This document shows, one piece after another, positions 32,476 through 42,904 of a DNA stretch of 64,000 nt. The position numbers and the translations under genes are program-made. This DNA comes from Candidatus Foliamicus sp. Its GTDB lineage: Bacteria; Pseudomonadota; Gammaproteobacteria; Steroidobacterales; Foliamicaceae. The notes beneath the pieces were generated by a model. That model did not search any database and was not told the origin of the DNA. It was given only the letters and a program-made list of their open reading frames with translations. The stretch covers positions 1,788,302-1,852,301 of the forward strand of contig OZ252226.1 of the NCBI GenBank assembly GCA_965249285.1. Reading direction: 5' to 3'. How positions within the stretch are numbered: position 1 is the first letter of the stretch; each line of letters starts with the position of its first letter.

Positions 32476-33744
32476 CTAGTCCGCCTTTTCGGCCGGAGCC
32501 GGAGCTTCCTCGGCGGCGGGCGGGGGGGCCGGAGCCGGAGCTTCCTCGGCGGCGGGCGGGGGGGCCGGAGCCGGAGCTTCCTCGGCGGCGGGCGGGGGGG
32601 CCGGAGCCGGAGCTTCCTCGGCGGCGGGCGGGGGGGCCGGAGCCGGAGCTTCCTCGGCGGCGGGCGGGGGGGCCGGAGCCGGAGCTTCCTCGGCGGCGGG
32701 CGCAGGGGCCGGGGCCGGGGCTTCCTCGGCGGCGGGCGCGGGGGCCGGAGCCGGAGCTTCCTCGGCGGCGGGCGGGAGGGCCGGAGCTGGAGCTTCCTCG
32801 GCGGCGGGCGGGGGGGCCGGAGCCGCGCCCGCCCCGACCCTACGCGCTTTCGGCGCCACCGGCGGCGCGGCTTCGGCAGGTCTGGCGTCGCGGTCCTCCC
32901 GCTCGCGGGCTACCGCAGCCGTGCGTCGCGGCATGCGCCGCGTTACGCCCCGCAAACGCGCCGGCGTCTTGGCCCGCGACCGGGGACGATCCGATTTGGC
33001 AATCGGCTTGCCGGATTCGTCCAGCTCCACGAATTCGTCGTCGCCCAGGGAAATCTCGGGCACCTCCTCGCGTCCCTGCATGATTGCATCGGCGATACCG
33101 CGCGCGTACAGCTCAGCGGCTCGTATGGCGTCATCGTTGCCGGGAATCATGTAGTCCACGTCCTGCGGCGAACAGTTGGTGTCCACCACGGCGGCCACCG
33201 GAATGCCGAGCTTCTTGGCTTCGTTCAGGGCAATGTGCTCGTGCTCCAGGTCGATGATGAACACCGCATCCGGCAGCGAGTCCATGGCGCGGATTCCGCC
33301 GAGGGAGCGCTTCAGCTTTGCCAGCTCGCGCTTGAGTCCCAACGCTTCCTTCTTGGTGAACCTCTCGCGCATGGTCCCTTCTTCGAGGGCTTCCAGCTCT
33401 TCCAGGCGAGCGATTGACTTCTTGATGGTCTTGAGATTGGTGAGCGTGCCGCCGAGCCAGCGATGACTGACGTACGGCATGCCGCAACGCGTAGCTTCGT
33501 TGCGTATGGCATGTTGCGCGGCCCGCTTGGTACCCACGAACAGCACGGTGCCGCGCTGGGCCGCCACCGATCGCACGAACTCACAGGTCTTCTGGTAGAG
33601 CGGAACGGTCTGCTCCAGATCGATGATGTGGAGCTGATTGCGTTCGCCATAGATAAACGGCGCCATTTTCGGGTTCCAGTGCCTGGCCCGATGCCCGAAG
33701 TGCACGCCCGCATGCAACATTTCACGTACGGTGATTTCCGCCAA
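32476..33744 (-). CDS. rpsB: 30S ribosomal protein S2 with long Pro/Ala/Glu C-terminal extension
   Basis: [29 protein letters not shown]; TTG 33744 follows SD GGAG. Confidence 0.97.
   Translation of the reverse strand: MAEITVREMLHAGVHFGHRARHWNPKMAPFIYGERNQLHIIDLEQTVPLYQKTCEFVRSVAAQRGTVLFVGTKRAAQHAIRNEATRCGMPYVSHRWLGGTLTNLKTIKKSIARLEELEALEEGTMRERFTKKEALGLKRELAKLKRSLGGIRAMDSLPDAVFIIDLEHEHIALNEAKKLGIPVAAVVDTNCSPQDVDYMIPGNDDAIRAAELYARGIADAIMQGREEVPEISLGDDEFVELDESGKPIAKSDRPRSRAKTPARLRGVTRRMPRRTAAVAREREDRDARPAEAAPPVAPKARRVGAGAAPAPPPAAEEAPAPALPPAAEEAPAPAPAPAAEEAPAPAPAPAAEEAPAPAPPPAAEEAPAPAPPPAAEEAPAPAPPPAAEEAPAPAPPPAAEEAPAPAPPPAAEEAPAPAEKAD
32491..32826. repeat. 36-bp coding tandem repeat, 9 units ([12 protein letters not shown])
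   Basis: CTTCCTCGGCGGCGGGC recurs nine times at 36-bp period. Confidence 0.95.
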
Positions 33745-33978
33745 GAGTTTGCTCCTGTGAATCGCAAGAACCTCCGGAGAGCCAAATCGTAACAACCGGG
33801 ACATTCAGCCGCCGGTTGCCGACTCGCCGAAGCGAACCCGCAATTCTATAACAACCGCCCTTCGCGCTGCAGGGGGGCCAGCGGAACTTCGGCAGGTCCC
33901 GCCCAGGTCGCCGCAGGCACATCGGACCCGATGCACGCTACTATTGGCAGGGGCACACCCGGGTAATGACAGAGCGCC

Positions 33979-34749
33979 ATGCAGGTCACCATCAAGTCCG
34001 GCGAAGAGCGGCAGCGCATGCGCGTGGCAGGCCGGCTTGCGGCCGAAGTGCTGGACATGATCGCAGCGCATGTGCGCCCCGGCGTTACCACCGACGAGCT
34101 GAACCGGATCTGTCACCAATACATTACCGAGCAACAGCAGGCCATCCCCGCCCCGCTCAACTACCGTGGGTTTCCCCGTTCCATCTGCACCTCCTTGAAC
34201 CAGGTCGTTTGCCACGGGATACCCAGCGACCGCAAGCTGCGCGACGGCGACATGCTCAACATCGATATTACGGTGATCAAGGACGGCTTTCATGGCGACA
34301 CCAGCCGCATATTTCATGTCGGCCGGCCGAGCATAAAGGCGCGGCGACTGGCAGGGATAACTTTTGAAGCCATGTGGGCGGGCATTCGCCAGATTGCGCC
34401 GGGCAAGCGCCTGGGAGACATCGGCCATGCAATCCAGACGCTGGCCGAATCCAAGGGCTTGAGCGTGGTGCGCGAATACTGCGGCCACGGGATCGGCCGG
34501 GTGTTCCACGAACCACCCAACGTGCTGCACTACGGCGAGCCGGGCACCGGCATTGGCTTGCGCGAAGGCATGACCATTACGGTGGAGCCGATGCTTAACG
34601 AAGGCCGCCCGGAGACCCGGTTACTGCCGGACGGGTGGACGGTAGTGACGCGTGACCGGAAACTGTCGGCGCAATGGGAGCATACAGTGCTGGTTACCTC
34701 CGAGGGATACGAAGTCCTTACGCTGGGAGCGGGGCCGGTTGAGCCCTGA
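33979..34749 (+). CDS. map: Type I methionine aminopeptidase
   Basis: VCHGIP, NIDITV, GDTS, GHGIG..FHE, TVEPM, SAQWEHT. Confidence 0.97.
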   Translation: MQVTIKSGEERQRMRVAGRLAAEVLDMIAAHVRPGVTTDELNRICHQYITEQQQAIPAPLNYRGFPRSICTSLNQVVCHGIPSDRKLRDGDMLNIDITVIKDGFHGDTSRIFHVGRPSIKARRLAGITFEAMWAGIRQIAPGKRLGDIGHAIQTLAESKGLSVVREYCGHGIGRVFHEPPNVLHYGEPGTGIGLREGMTITVEPMLNEGRPETRLLPDGWTVVTRDRKLSAQWEHTVLVTSEGYEVLTLGAGPVEP

Positions 34750-37396
34750 GCAAGCAACCGTCGACCAGAACGCCGCGCTCAGCGCGGCTTTGCGGGCCGG
34801 CGAGCTGGACGCGTATCGCGAACGCCTGCGGGAGCAGGCCGCCCGCATACGCGGCTGGTTCGAAGAGGGCGAAAGAAGCACTGCCCAGCTGCTGAAGTTA
34901 CGCTCTACCCTGCTGGACGAATTGCTGTGCGAGGCATGGCGGCTGCACGCCGGTCCGGCATTGCGGTCGGCCGCCCTGCTGGCGGTCGGGGGTTACGGGC
35001 GCGAAGAAATGTACCCGGCCTCCGACGTGGACGTACTGGTGCTGTTGCCGCACGGCTATTCACGCAGCGCAAGAACCGAGGTCGGCGGTTTTCTGGCGTT
35101 TCTGTGGGACATGGGACTCAAGCCCGGCCATGGCGCCCGCACCGTGGGCGAGTCGCGTGACCAGGCCCGTGCCGACGTAACGATCATGACGGCGCTGCTG
35201 GAAGCCCGGCTTCTGACCGGCTCCGAGCGGCTGTTCGCCCAACTGAAGAAAGCGATCAATGCGCGTAGCGTGTGGCCCTCCTGGCAGTTTTACCGGGCCA
35301 AGGCCCGGGAGCAAAGCGCCAGGCGCCGCGAACATGGCGATACCGCTTCCATCCTGGAACCCGACGTCAAGAACGGGCCCGGCGGACTACGGGACCTGCA
35401 CACCGTGAACTGGATCATGCTGCGGCGTTTCGGCTCGGCAACGCTGGACACGTTGGCGGAACGGAAGCTGATATCCGCCGATAAGTTCGCAGGCCTGCGC
35501 CGGGCCGGGGATTTTCTCTCGCGCGTGCGCTTTGCCCTGCACCTTATCTCCGGCCGCATGGAAGACCGGCTGCTGTTCGAACACCAAAAGCAGCTTGCCG
35601 CCATTTTCGGATACCTGGATCAGACCGGCAACCGCGCCGTAGAGCAATTCATGCAGCGCTACTACCGAACTACCCGCAGCATTTCCCTGTTCCGTGAGAT
35701 CGCGACTCAACGCCTGGGCGACATCATCACACCGCAGCGCGCCGGCGCCAGGCGCCTGAACGCGCGCTTTATGCTGCGCAACGGCTGCCTGGACACGCGC
35801 CGAGAGGACCTCTTCAGCGTCTTGCGGCGGGCGGTACTGGAACCGTTTCTCCTGCGGCAGCGGCAACCGGAAATCCGCGGTTTCAGCGCCGCGCTGATTG
35901 AGCGCCTGATCGAAGCCGTGCCGAATATCGATGCCGGGTTCCGGGAAGACCCGAAGATCCGCCGCATGTTCATGCAAATCCTGTCCGCGCCGCCGGACGC
36001 CCCCAGCCAGCTTGAGGCCATGAACCGCTATGGCGTCCTGGGCGCCTACATCCCGGAATTCGGGCTGATTACCGGCCGGATGCAGTATGACCTCTTTCAC
36101 AGCTATACGGTGGATGCGCACATTCTGCGGGTGGTCGGAAACCTCCGCCGTTTCGGCCTTCGGGAGGGCCAGGAGCAGGATCCGCGGCTGGCGAAAATCA
36201 TGCAAGGCATCGACAATCCGACAGTCTTGTTCATCGCCGGGCTGTTTCACGATATCGCCAAGGGACGCGATGGAGATCACTCGGAACTGGGTGCTTCGGA
36301 CGCCCAGCGGTTCTGCTCCAGGCACGGCTTGAACCCTCGTGAGTCGGCATTGGCGGCGTGGCTGGTGCGCCATCACCTGCAACTGTCGATGACCGCGCAA
36401 AAGAAGGACGTGTACGATCCGGCGGTTGTACGTGAGTTCGCCCGCCTGGTGGGCGACCAGGTCCATCTCGATCACCTGTACCTGCTAACGGTTGCCGACG
36501 TGCGCGGCACCAACCCGAACCTGTGGACGGCCTGGAAGGCGCGGGTGTTCGAAGATCTGTACCGCCAGACGGAACAAGCGCTGCGGATGAAAATCGAGCA
36601 CCCCAGCGGGACCGAGGAACTTCTGGCGGAACGCGAGCAGGCCGCGCTACTGGAATTGCGCTGCCGGGGGTTGAATGAAGACGAGGCACGGGCGCTCTGG
36701 AGCCGGTTCCCGGAAGACTATTTCTGGCTTTTCCGCGACGACGAAATCGTGTGGCACACCCAGGCCCTGCAGTCGGCCGGTAAGCAGGCCGGGGGCTTTC
36801 TGGTCGCAACCAGGGCCGATTCTCCGGACGGCAACACGGCGATATTGGTGCACGGCCCGGCCGCCGTTCACCGGTTCTTCATTACCTGTTCGGTGCTGGA
36901 CGCCCGGGGACTCAACATTCTTGATGCGCGCATCCTGCCCTCCGGCAACAAACTCAGCCTTGCCCAGTACCTGGTGGTGCAGCGGGACGGCGCGCCGCTG
37001 CGCGACCAGCAGCAGCTGGATCTGGTCTGTGATGCCGTGCGTAAATCGCTGGCCCGGGCGAAACCGCCGGCGCGGCCGGTGCGCCGCAAGCTGCCGCGGC
37101 GTTTGCGGGCCTTCGATGTAGGGGTGAAGGTCAGCTTCCGGAGCGACCCGCGCAAGCGTCATACGGTGATGGAACTGGTCGCTGCCGACTGTCCCGGACT
37201 TCTCGGCCTGGTGGGCGGCATCCTGACGCGCCGCCACATCGGGGTGCGTAGCGCGAAGATCGCCACATTCGGGGAGCGCGCCGAGGACGTGTTTCACCTG
37301 ACCAATGCCGATCGCAAGCCGCTGTCGGAACAAGAGCGGGATGCGCTGCTGGCGGCGCTGACCGCCGAACTACTGGATGACACTAGCCTGAAATAA
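34739..37396 (+). CDS. glnD: [PII] uridylyltransferase/uridylyl-removing enzyme
   Basis: AVGGYGR, SDVDVL, LEPDVKNGPGGLRD, HSYTVDAH, LFHDIAKG, two ACT domains; TTG 34739 overlaps map. Confidence 0.97.
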   Translation: MSPEQATVDQNAALSAALRAGELDAYRERLREQAARIRGWFEEGERSTAQLLKLRSTLLDELLCEAWRLHAGPALRSAALLAVGGYGREEMYPASDVDVLVLLPHGYSRSARTEVGGFLAFLWDMGLKPGHGARTVGESRDQARADVTIMTALLEARLLTGSERLFAQLKKAINARSVWPSWQFYRAKAREQSARRREHGDTASILEPDVKNGPGGLRDLHTVNWIMLRRFGSATLDTLAERKLISADKFAGLRRAGDFLSRVRFALHLISGRMEDRLLFEHQKQLAAIFGYLDQTGNRAVEQFMQRYYRTTRSISLFREIATQRLGDIITPQRAGARRLNARFMLRNGCLDTRREDLFSVLRRAVLEPFLLRQRQPEIRGFSAALIERLIEAVPNIDAGFREDPKIRRMFMQILSAPPDAPSQLEAMNRYGVLGAYIPEFGLITGRMQYDLFHSYTVDAHILRVVGNLRRFGLREGQEQDPRLAKIMQGIDNPTVLFIAGLFHDIAKGRDGDHSELGASDAQRFCSRHGLNPRESALAAWLVRHHLQLSMTAQKKDVYDPAVVREFARLVGDQVHLDHLYLLTVADVRGTNPNLWTAWKARVFEDLYRQTEQALRMKIEHPSGTEELLAEREQAALLELRCRGLNEDEARALWSRFPEDYFWLFRDDEIVWHTQALQSAGKQAGGFLVATRADSPDGNTAILVHGPAAVHRFFITCSVLDARGLNILDARILPSGNKLSLAQYLVVQRDGAPLRDQQQLDLVCDAVRKSLARAKPPARPVRRKLPRRLRAFDVGVKVSFRSDPRKRHTVMELVAADCPGLLGLVGGILTRRHIGVRSAKIATFGERAEDVFHLTNADRKPLSEQERDALLAALTAELLDDTSLK

Positions 37397-37525
37397 CCCT
37401 GGGAGTTTTCGCAGCAGGCGCCGCTGCGCTGACGCTCAGGGAACCCCCTGGGCACGAGGGCATCCTGCCCTCGTCGAGGGCCTGTCCCCGACCCTGATCG
37501 GGGAGCTGGAAGCCCTCGTTCCCGG
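37397..37525. repeat. Composite REP-like element, family A, copy 5, between convergent glnD and hda
   Basis: Same accessory module, REP arms and insert as copy 4. Confidence 0.9.
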
Positions 37526-38815
37526 CTAACGGGCGGAGCGCCCCTCCACTATTCCCTCGCGCAATGCCAGGCGCACGAAGGGCACGGTCAACTGCTTGCT
37601 GCGGCTGGCCGCCAGCGCCGCCAGCCGGTCCACCAGGTTGAATACATCGCTGGGGTTGCGCTTCACGCGCCGCATCAGGAAACGCGCGGTAGCTTCGGGC
37701 AGGGCAATTCCCCGGCTGCGCATCCGCAACTGCACCGCCTCCAGCCGCTCTTCATCGGTTAATGGCAACAGCTTCCAGATCTGCCCCGAGGCCAATCGCG
37801 TGCGCAGGTCGTCACGCTGAAATCCCGCACCCGCCGGAGTGCCGGCCGCGGCCAGCACCAGGCGCGCACCGCGTCTCTCCAACTCCCGGCAAAGAACGCC
37901 CATGGCCTCTTCCAGCGCCGGCGCTCCCGCCAGCCGGCCGGCATCGTCAATGCACAAGAGTTCAATCTTCCCCAGGGAATCCAGGGCGTCGGGTTTGAAT
38001 CCGGCGTGCGCGGGCAGGTAGGCCGAGGATAGCCCACCGTCGGTCGCCGCTCTCATCGTCGCCAGCAGCAAATGGGTCTTGCCGGTGGCCGGCGCGCCCC
38101 ACAACCAGAAAGGCGGTCCGCCATCCTGATCGATGAAGCCCCGCAGCGCCGACACCACATCGGCGTTGCTGCCGTTGTAGAAATTCTCGAATACGCAGGG
38201 GTCCTCGCGGCTCACCTCCAATTCCAATTGCCGCTTGTCCCCGCTGGCGGAGACGGTGTCTTCAATCTTGCGTTGGGCGGCCAGCCTGGTGCCGGAGAGA
38301 ACGTAGTCCACCCCGCTGAGTACCGCCAGCAGCAGGGCCAGGGCGCCGCCGATCTGAATCCAGTCCACCGGCAGAATTCCAGGGAATGCCTGCGCGGCAA
38401 TCACCGCGACTCCCAGGCAGATCTGCAGGACGGTGTTCATCCGGCTTACCGTGGACGGACGCGGGCGCAATTCGCCCCGGAGTAAGCGGAAGGCCTGCCA
38501 GCCCCCGACGATTACCAGGTCGCGGGCGATGACCACCGCGGCCAGCCAGGCAGGAATGTGGGAAAGTGCCGCCAGCGTCACGTAGACACTGGCCAGCAAG
38601 ACCTTGTCCGCCATCGGATCCAGCACCGACCCAAGGTAACTGTCCAGACTCCAGCGTTTGGCCAGAAAACCGTCCAGCCAGTCGGATAGTGCGGCAACCG
38701 CCAGCAGCAGCAGGGCCTGGCCGTAGCGGCCGCCCGCCAAAGCCACCACGATGACCGGCGCAAGCAGCAGCCGGAACACGCAGATCAGGTTCGGAATGTG
38801 CCTTGTAACGCTCAT
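37526..38815 (-). CDS. hda: Fusion of a CDP-alcohol phosphatidyltransferase (aa 1-~180) and DnaA regulatory inactivator Hda (aa ~196-429)
   Basis: N-half: IPNLICVFR, SDWLDGFLAKR, GSVLDPMADK. C-half: QLELEV, FENFY, GAPATGKTHLL, LCIDD, DLRTRL. No stop between the halves. Confidence 0.88.
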   Translation of the reverse strand: MSVTRHIPNLICVFRLLLAPVIVVALAGGRYGQALLLLAVAALSDWLDGFLAKRWSLDSYLGSVLDPMADKVLLASVYVTLAALSHIPAWLAAVVIARDLVIVGGWQAFRLLRGELRPRPSTVSRMNTVLQICLGVAVIAAQAFPGILPVDWIQIGGALALLLAVLSGVDYVLSGTRLAAQRKIEDTVSASGDKRQLELEVSREDPCVFENFYNGSNADVVSALRGFIDQDGGPPFWLWGAPATGKTHLLLATMRAATDGGLSSAYLPAHAGFKPDALDSLGKIELLCIDDAGRLAGAPALEEAMGVLCRELERRGARLVLAAAGTPAGAGFQRDDLRTRLASGQIWKLLPLTDEERLEAVQLRMRSRGIALPEATARFLMRRVKRNPSDVFNLVDRLAALAASRSKQLTVPFVRLALREGIVEGRSAR

Positions 38816-39810
38816 GATCCGGCCTTGGCCAGCTTGAAAGGTATCCCCAATGAGTCCAAAGCGTCCCGCAAAGGCGCTTCGGCGGTTCGGGAAGTGATTC
38901 GTAAAGTTAGCGAATCACGCGTGGCGCTGTCCACCCTCCACTCGCGCACCGCTTGCAGGGCATCCAGCCTTGACTGAAGATCCTCATAGGTCTGCACATC
39001 GCGGACTGGAGCCACCACCAGCAGGTACGAACGGATCGGTCCCTGGGTAGCCATAAAGCGCGCCGCCAGCATGTCGGTTGCAAGGTGCACTGCTTCGGCT
39101 GTGTCGCTCACCCACACCCTGCGCCACAGCCCGTTCTCGCGCAAGCTCCACTCGATGTCGTCCAGGGTGCTGGGAACCGCCACCCGGCCCAGTATGAACA
39201 ATTCATCGTCCACTTGCGGCAGGCACTGCGCGAAACCGGTCCACAGGTCCTCGGCGCATTGTTCCGCCGCGACCCCGTCGGTCCCGGGCGGAAAGTCGAT
39301 TTCAATGCCGCGCAAAGCCGACACTTCCTCAAGGGTCCGTTCAAGAGCATCGCTCAACACAATACGCAGATCCACCGTTGTTGCGGAGGCTTCGACGGAT
39401 TGGGCCGGCCTGAACAACCAGCGCTCGCCATCGTTAATCACCAGCCACAATGAAAGCTGCGGGCGTTCCCCCTCCCAGATGCTCTCTCCGGCCTGCTCCA
39501 GGACCTGGCGCACCACGGCATCGTCGAATTCCGCTTCCAGGCGGGTACCGTCAATGACGCGATACTGCCGCACGATACTCAACGCCGGCGGAAAGCGCTC
39601 CGTTAGATCGGCGGCGCTGCGGCGCCCGGTCACGCGCACCAGCAAGCGTCCCAGCGCGTCCTGCGCGGCAGTTGCCAGGCTGGCCTGACTCGAATCGCGC
39701 AGCGGCACGGTGGACCGAAACGGGGCCTCGGTTGCAATAGCTCCGGACGCGAGAAGCAGCGTCAAAGCCAAAGCCTGTGGCACGATGCGCTGGAGCATTG
39801 AAAAAGGCAT
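38812..39810 (-). CDS. DUF2066-family exported protein
   Basis: Signal peptide, ALGRLLVRVTG, FDDAVVRQVLEQAG..W...RP.L.LWL; divergent from purM as in other gammaproteobacteria. Confidence 0.75.
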   Translation of the reverse strand: MPFSMLQRIVPQALALTLLLASGAIATEAPFRSTVPLRDSSQASLATAAQDALGRLLVRVTGRRSAADLTERFPPALSIVRQYRVIDGTRLEAEFDDAVVRQVLEQAGESIWEGERPQLSLWLVINDGERWLFRPAQSVEASATTVDLRIVLSDALERTLEEVSALRGIEIDFPPGTDGVAAEQCAEDLWTGFAQCLPQVDDELFILGRVAVPSTLDDIEWSLRENGLWRRVWVSDTAEAVHLATDMLAARFMATQGPIRSYLLVVAPVRDVQTYEDLQSRLDALQAVREWRVDSATRDSLTLRITSRTAEAPLRDALDSLGIPFKLAKAGS

Positions 39811-39851
39811 TATAGGATGCGCAGTTTCGCACGGTGACGCCAAGAGAAGCA

Positions 39852-40871
39852 ATGAAATTGAGCAAACCGATCACCTATCGGGCAGCGGGCGTGGACCTTG
39901 AGCGGGGCGCGGATGTTGTGCGCCGAATCGCTCCGCTTGCGCGCGCCACCCATCGCCCGGGGGTGCTGGGCGGGATCGGCGGATTCGGCGGACTATTCGA
40001 GGCGCCGATTGACCGCTACCAAAACCCGGTGCTGGTGGCGGGTACCGACGGCGTGGGGACCAAGCTGAAGCTGTGCCTGGACGCGGGCCGCCTGGATGCG
40101 CCGGGGGTGGACCTGGTTGCGATGTGCGTGAATGACGTGCTTGCCCAGGGGGCCGAGCCGTTGTTTTTTCTCGACTACTGCGCCGCCAACCGGGTTGACC
40201 CGGACCGTCTGGAACAAGTGATCAAGGGGATCGCCGAGGGCTGCAAGGAAGCCGGCGCCGCCTTGCTCGGGGGCGAAACGGCGGAACTGCCCAATACCTA
40301 TGTCGACGATCGGTTGGAACTGGTCGGCTTCTGCGTCGGCGTCGCCGAGCGGGACCGCCTCGTGGACGGAAGCGCCGTGAAAGAAGGCGATGTGCTGCTG
40401 GGTCTGGCATCGTCCGGTCCACATTCCAACGGCTTTTCCATCGTCAATAACGTGATTGCGCGCGCCGGTGGATTACAGGCGCTGCCACGCGAGCTCATCA
40501 ACGCCCTGTGCGAACCGACGCGGATCTACGTCCGCTCAGTACTCGCGCTGGCGCAATCGGGCCGGCTCAACGCCGTTGCCCATATCACCGGTGGCGGCCT
40601 GCCCGAAAACATGGCCCGGATTCTTCCCCGGGGCCTCGGCGCCCGAATCGACACCGGCGCATGGCCCTGGCCTGAAGTGTTTGGCTGGTTGAGCCGCACG
40701 GGGCCGGTCGAGCGCGAGGAGATGCTGCGCACCTTCAATTGCGGCATCGGGATGGTGCTGGCGACCCCGCCGGAGGAAGCTAGCGGAGTCATGGAAAGCC
40801 TGGCGAACGCCGGCGAGCAGGTCTGGAACATCGGCGCGGTTGAAGGCGGCGGCGGCGTGACGCTTACCTGA
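39852..40871 (+). CDS. purM: Phosphoribosylformylglycinamidine cyclo-ligase
   Basis: YRAAGVD, GTDGVGTK, GGETAE, HSNGFS, HITGGG, TFNCGIG. Confidence 0.98.
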   Translation: MKLSKPITYRAAGVDLERGADVVRRIAPLARATHRPGVLGGIGGFGGLFEAPIDRYQNPVLVAGTDGVGTKLKLCLDAGRLDAPGVDLVAMCVNDVLAQGAEPLFFLDYCAANRVDPDRLEQVIKGIAEGCKEAGAALLGGETAELPNTYVDDRLELVGFCVGVAERDRLVDGSAVKEGDVLLGLASSGPHSNGFSIVNNVIARAGGLQALPRELINALCEPTRIYVRSVLALAQSGRLNAVAHITGGGLPENMARILPRGLGARIDTGAWPWPEVFGWLSRTGPVEREEMLRTFNCGIGMVLATPPEEASGVMESLANAGEQVWNIGAVEGGGGVTLT

Positions 40872-40893
40872 CAAGGACAAGGGCCCTGGCGTC

Positions 40894-41547
40894 GTGAGCT
40901 TGCGAACCGTCGTTCTGTTGTCGGGAACGGGCAGCAATTTTCAGGCGATTCTCGACCGGGTGGCCTCCGGGGGCCTGAATCTTGAGGTAGTTGCGGCGCT
41001 GAGCGATCGACCCGATGCCCCGGGTCTTGAACGCGCGCGCAAGGCCGGCCTGGCGGCGATCGGCATTCCCCGTTCCGACTTTCCCGATCCGCGATCCTGG
41101 TGGGACGCCATTGGCGGACGCTTGCGTTCCATGGGCGCCGATTTACTGGTGCTGGCCGGGTTCATGAGGATTCTTCCGCCGGACTTGTGCGAGGAATACA
41201 GGGGCCGCGCACTTAACATTCACCCTTCGCTGCTGCCGCGATATCCGGGACTGCACACCTATCGCCGGGTGCTGAAAGCCGGCGACCCCTGGCACGGCGC
41301 TACCGTGCACTTCATCACATCCGACCTCGATTACGGTCCGCGGATCGCCCAGGCGCGGGTCAGCGTATCGCGCCAGGACGACGAAGCCTCGCTTCAGTCC
41401 AGGATACAAGCCTGCGAGCATGTCCTGTATCCTCGCGTGCTGGAATGGATAGCGGAAGGCCGCCTGGCCATGAGCGAAAGCCACGCAATCCTGGATGAGC
41501 GGGAATTGAAAAATCCGATCGTGTTTGAGGAACAGGAGCTGTTGTGA
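40894..41547 (+). CDS. purN: Phosphoribosylglycinamide formyltransferase
   Basis: SGTGSNFQA, LAGFMRIL, NIHPSLLP.YPG, HGATVHF, DYGP. Confidence 0.97.
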   Translation: MSLRTVVLLSGTGSNFQAILDRVASGGLNLEVVAALSDRPDAPGLERARKAGLAAIGIPRSDFPDPRSWWDAIGGRLRSMGADLLVLAGFMRILPPDLCEEYRGRALNIHPSLLPRYPGLHTYRRVLKAGDPWHGATVHFITSDLDYGPRIAQARVSVSRQDDEASLQSRIQACEHVLYPRVLEWIAEGRLAMSESHAILDERELKNPIVFEEQELL

Positions 41548-42317
41548 TCCCAATCAGGACATCCCTCGCGGCATCGCTGCTGATGCTTTCCGGCCTGGCC
41601 ATGGCGGTCGAAACCGGCGAGCCGCAGCGTGCAATCGAAAGCATCGGCGTCCTCTACGATGTGGACGCCCCGTTGGGGCAGCGCGCCTTGAGCTTGAGCA
41701 TTATCCGGCGGGAAGGCGAAGGATACGCCTACGAGACTTTCTCCCGCGGGCTAGGCCTGGCGCGCCTGTTCATTGCCTCGAATGGACTGGAGCGCACCCG
41801 TTTCGGTCTCGATACGGGCGGGATGGTGCAGCCGGTGGCGTACATGTGCCGTTCCTGCGACGGCAAGAAAGATGGGCTGGTGGAAATCTCCTACGACTGG
41901 CGGGCGCATCGCGCCTTGTACAGCGAAAAGGACGAACAGGCGGAATTCGAGCTTCAGCCCCGGGCAATGGACCGCAAGGCCTGGGAGATTCAGACGATGC
42001 TGGATATTGGCGCCGGCCGTCCGCTGGCGATGCAACCCACGCTGGAAGCCGGCAAGCTCAAGTTGTACGGAGGCCAAATGCTGGGCGAAGAAACGCTAAG
42101 CACACCGGCCGGCGAGCTGCAGACGGTCAAGTACCGAAGGCAGCGCGAAGGCTCGGAGAATTTTCAGTACATCTGGTACGCCAGGGAGCTGGGCTGGCTG
42201 CCGGCCCGCTGGGAAATCTGGCGGAAGGACAAGCGCACCTTCATCATTGAGGCCCAGAACTATGGCTGGGGCGAAGACGCGGCGTTGGCCATGCGCCAGG
42301 ACTGGGTGGACAAGTGA
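41544..42317 (+). CDS. DUF3108-family exported protein
   Basis: Signal peptide, beta-rich; [24 protein letters not shown]; lies between purN and dcd. Confidence 0.7.
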   Translation: MIPIRTSLAASLLMLSGLAMAVETGEPQRAIESIGVLYDVDAPLGQRALSLSIIRREGEGYAYETFSRGLGLARLFIASNGLERTRFGLDTGGMVQPVAYMCRSCDGKKDGLVEISYDWRAHRALYSEKDEQAEFELQPRAMDRKAWEIQTMLDIGAGRPLAMQPTLEAGKLKLYGGQMLGEETLSTPAGELQTVKYRRQREGSENFQYIWYARELGWLPARWEIWRKDKRTFIIEAQNYGWGEDAALAMRQDWVDK

Positions 42318-42880
42318 GCGTTGGCTCGGACGCGTGGATCCGGCGCATGGCGGCGGAGCATCGCATGATCGAGCCGTTCGCCGAGCAACAGGTGCGGCGG
42401 GCCGGCGATCGCTCGGTAATTTCGTATGGCGTTTCCAGCTACGGCTACGACGTGCGCTGCGCGAGCGAATTCAAGATCTTCACCAATATTCATTCGGCGG
42501 TGGTGGATCCCAAGAATTTCGAGAGCAAGAGCTTCGTATCGTTTGCCGGCGACCACTGCGTAATCCCACCCAACTCCTTTGCGTTGGCGCGCACGGTGGA
42601 GTACTTCCGCATTCCTCGCGACGTGCTCACGATCTGCCTGGGCAAGTCCACCTACGCCCGCTGCGGCATTATCGTGAACGTAACGCCGCTGGAGCCGGAA
42701 TGGGAGGGCTACGTGACCCTGGAATTCTCCAACACCACACCCCTGCCGGCGAAGATCTACGCCAACGAGGGGGTAGCGCAGATGATTTTCTTCCTGGCCG
42801 GGGAGGTGTGCGAAACCTCGTACAAGGACCGCGGCGGCAAGTACCAGGGCCAGACCGGCGTAACCCTCCCCAAGACCTGA
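42314..42880 (+). CDS. dcd: dCTP deaminase
   Basis: [38 protein letters not shown]. Confidence 0.97.
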   Translation: MSVGSDAWIRRMAAEHRMIEPFAEQQVRRAGDRSVISYGVSSYGYDVRCASEFKIFTNIHSAVVDPKNFESKSFVSFAGDHCVIPPNSFALARTVEYFRIPRDVLTICLGKSTYARCGIIVNVTPLEPEWEGYVTLEFSNTTPLPAKIYANEGVAQMIFFLAGEVCETSYKDRGGKYQGQTGVTLPKT

Positions 42881-42904
42881 CGTGACGCCATTCCCCAAAC
42901 CGCT

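Noticed and set aside
32491-32826. 36-bp periodic repeat as a CRISPR array
   Set aside because: Units are head-to-tail without spacers and are in frame within rpsB.
41844-41860. CRSC in the DUF3108 protein as a heme or redox motif
   Set aside because: There is no following His and no thioredoxin context; a structural disulfide is more likely.
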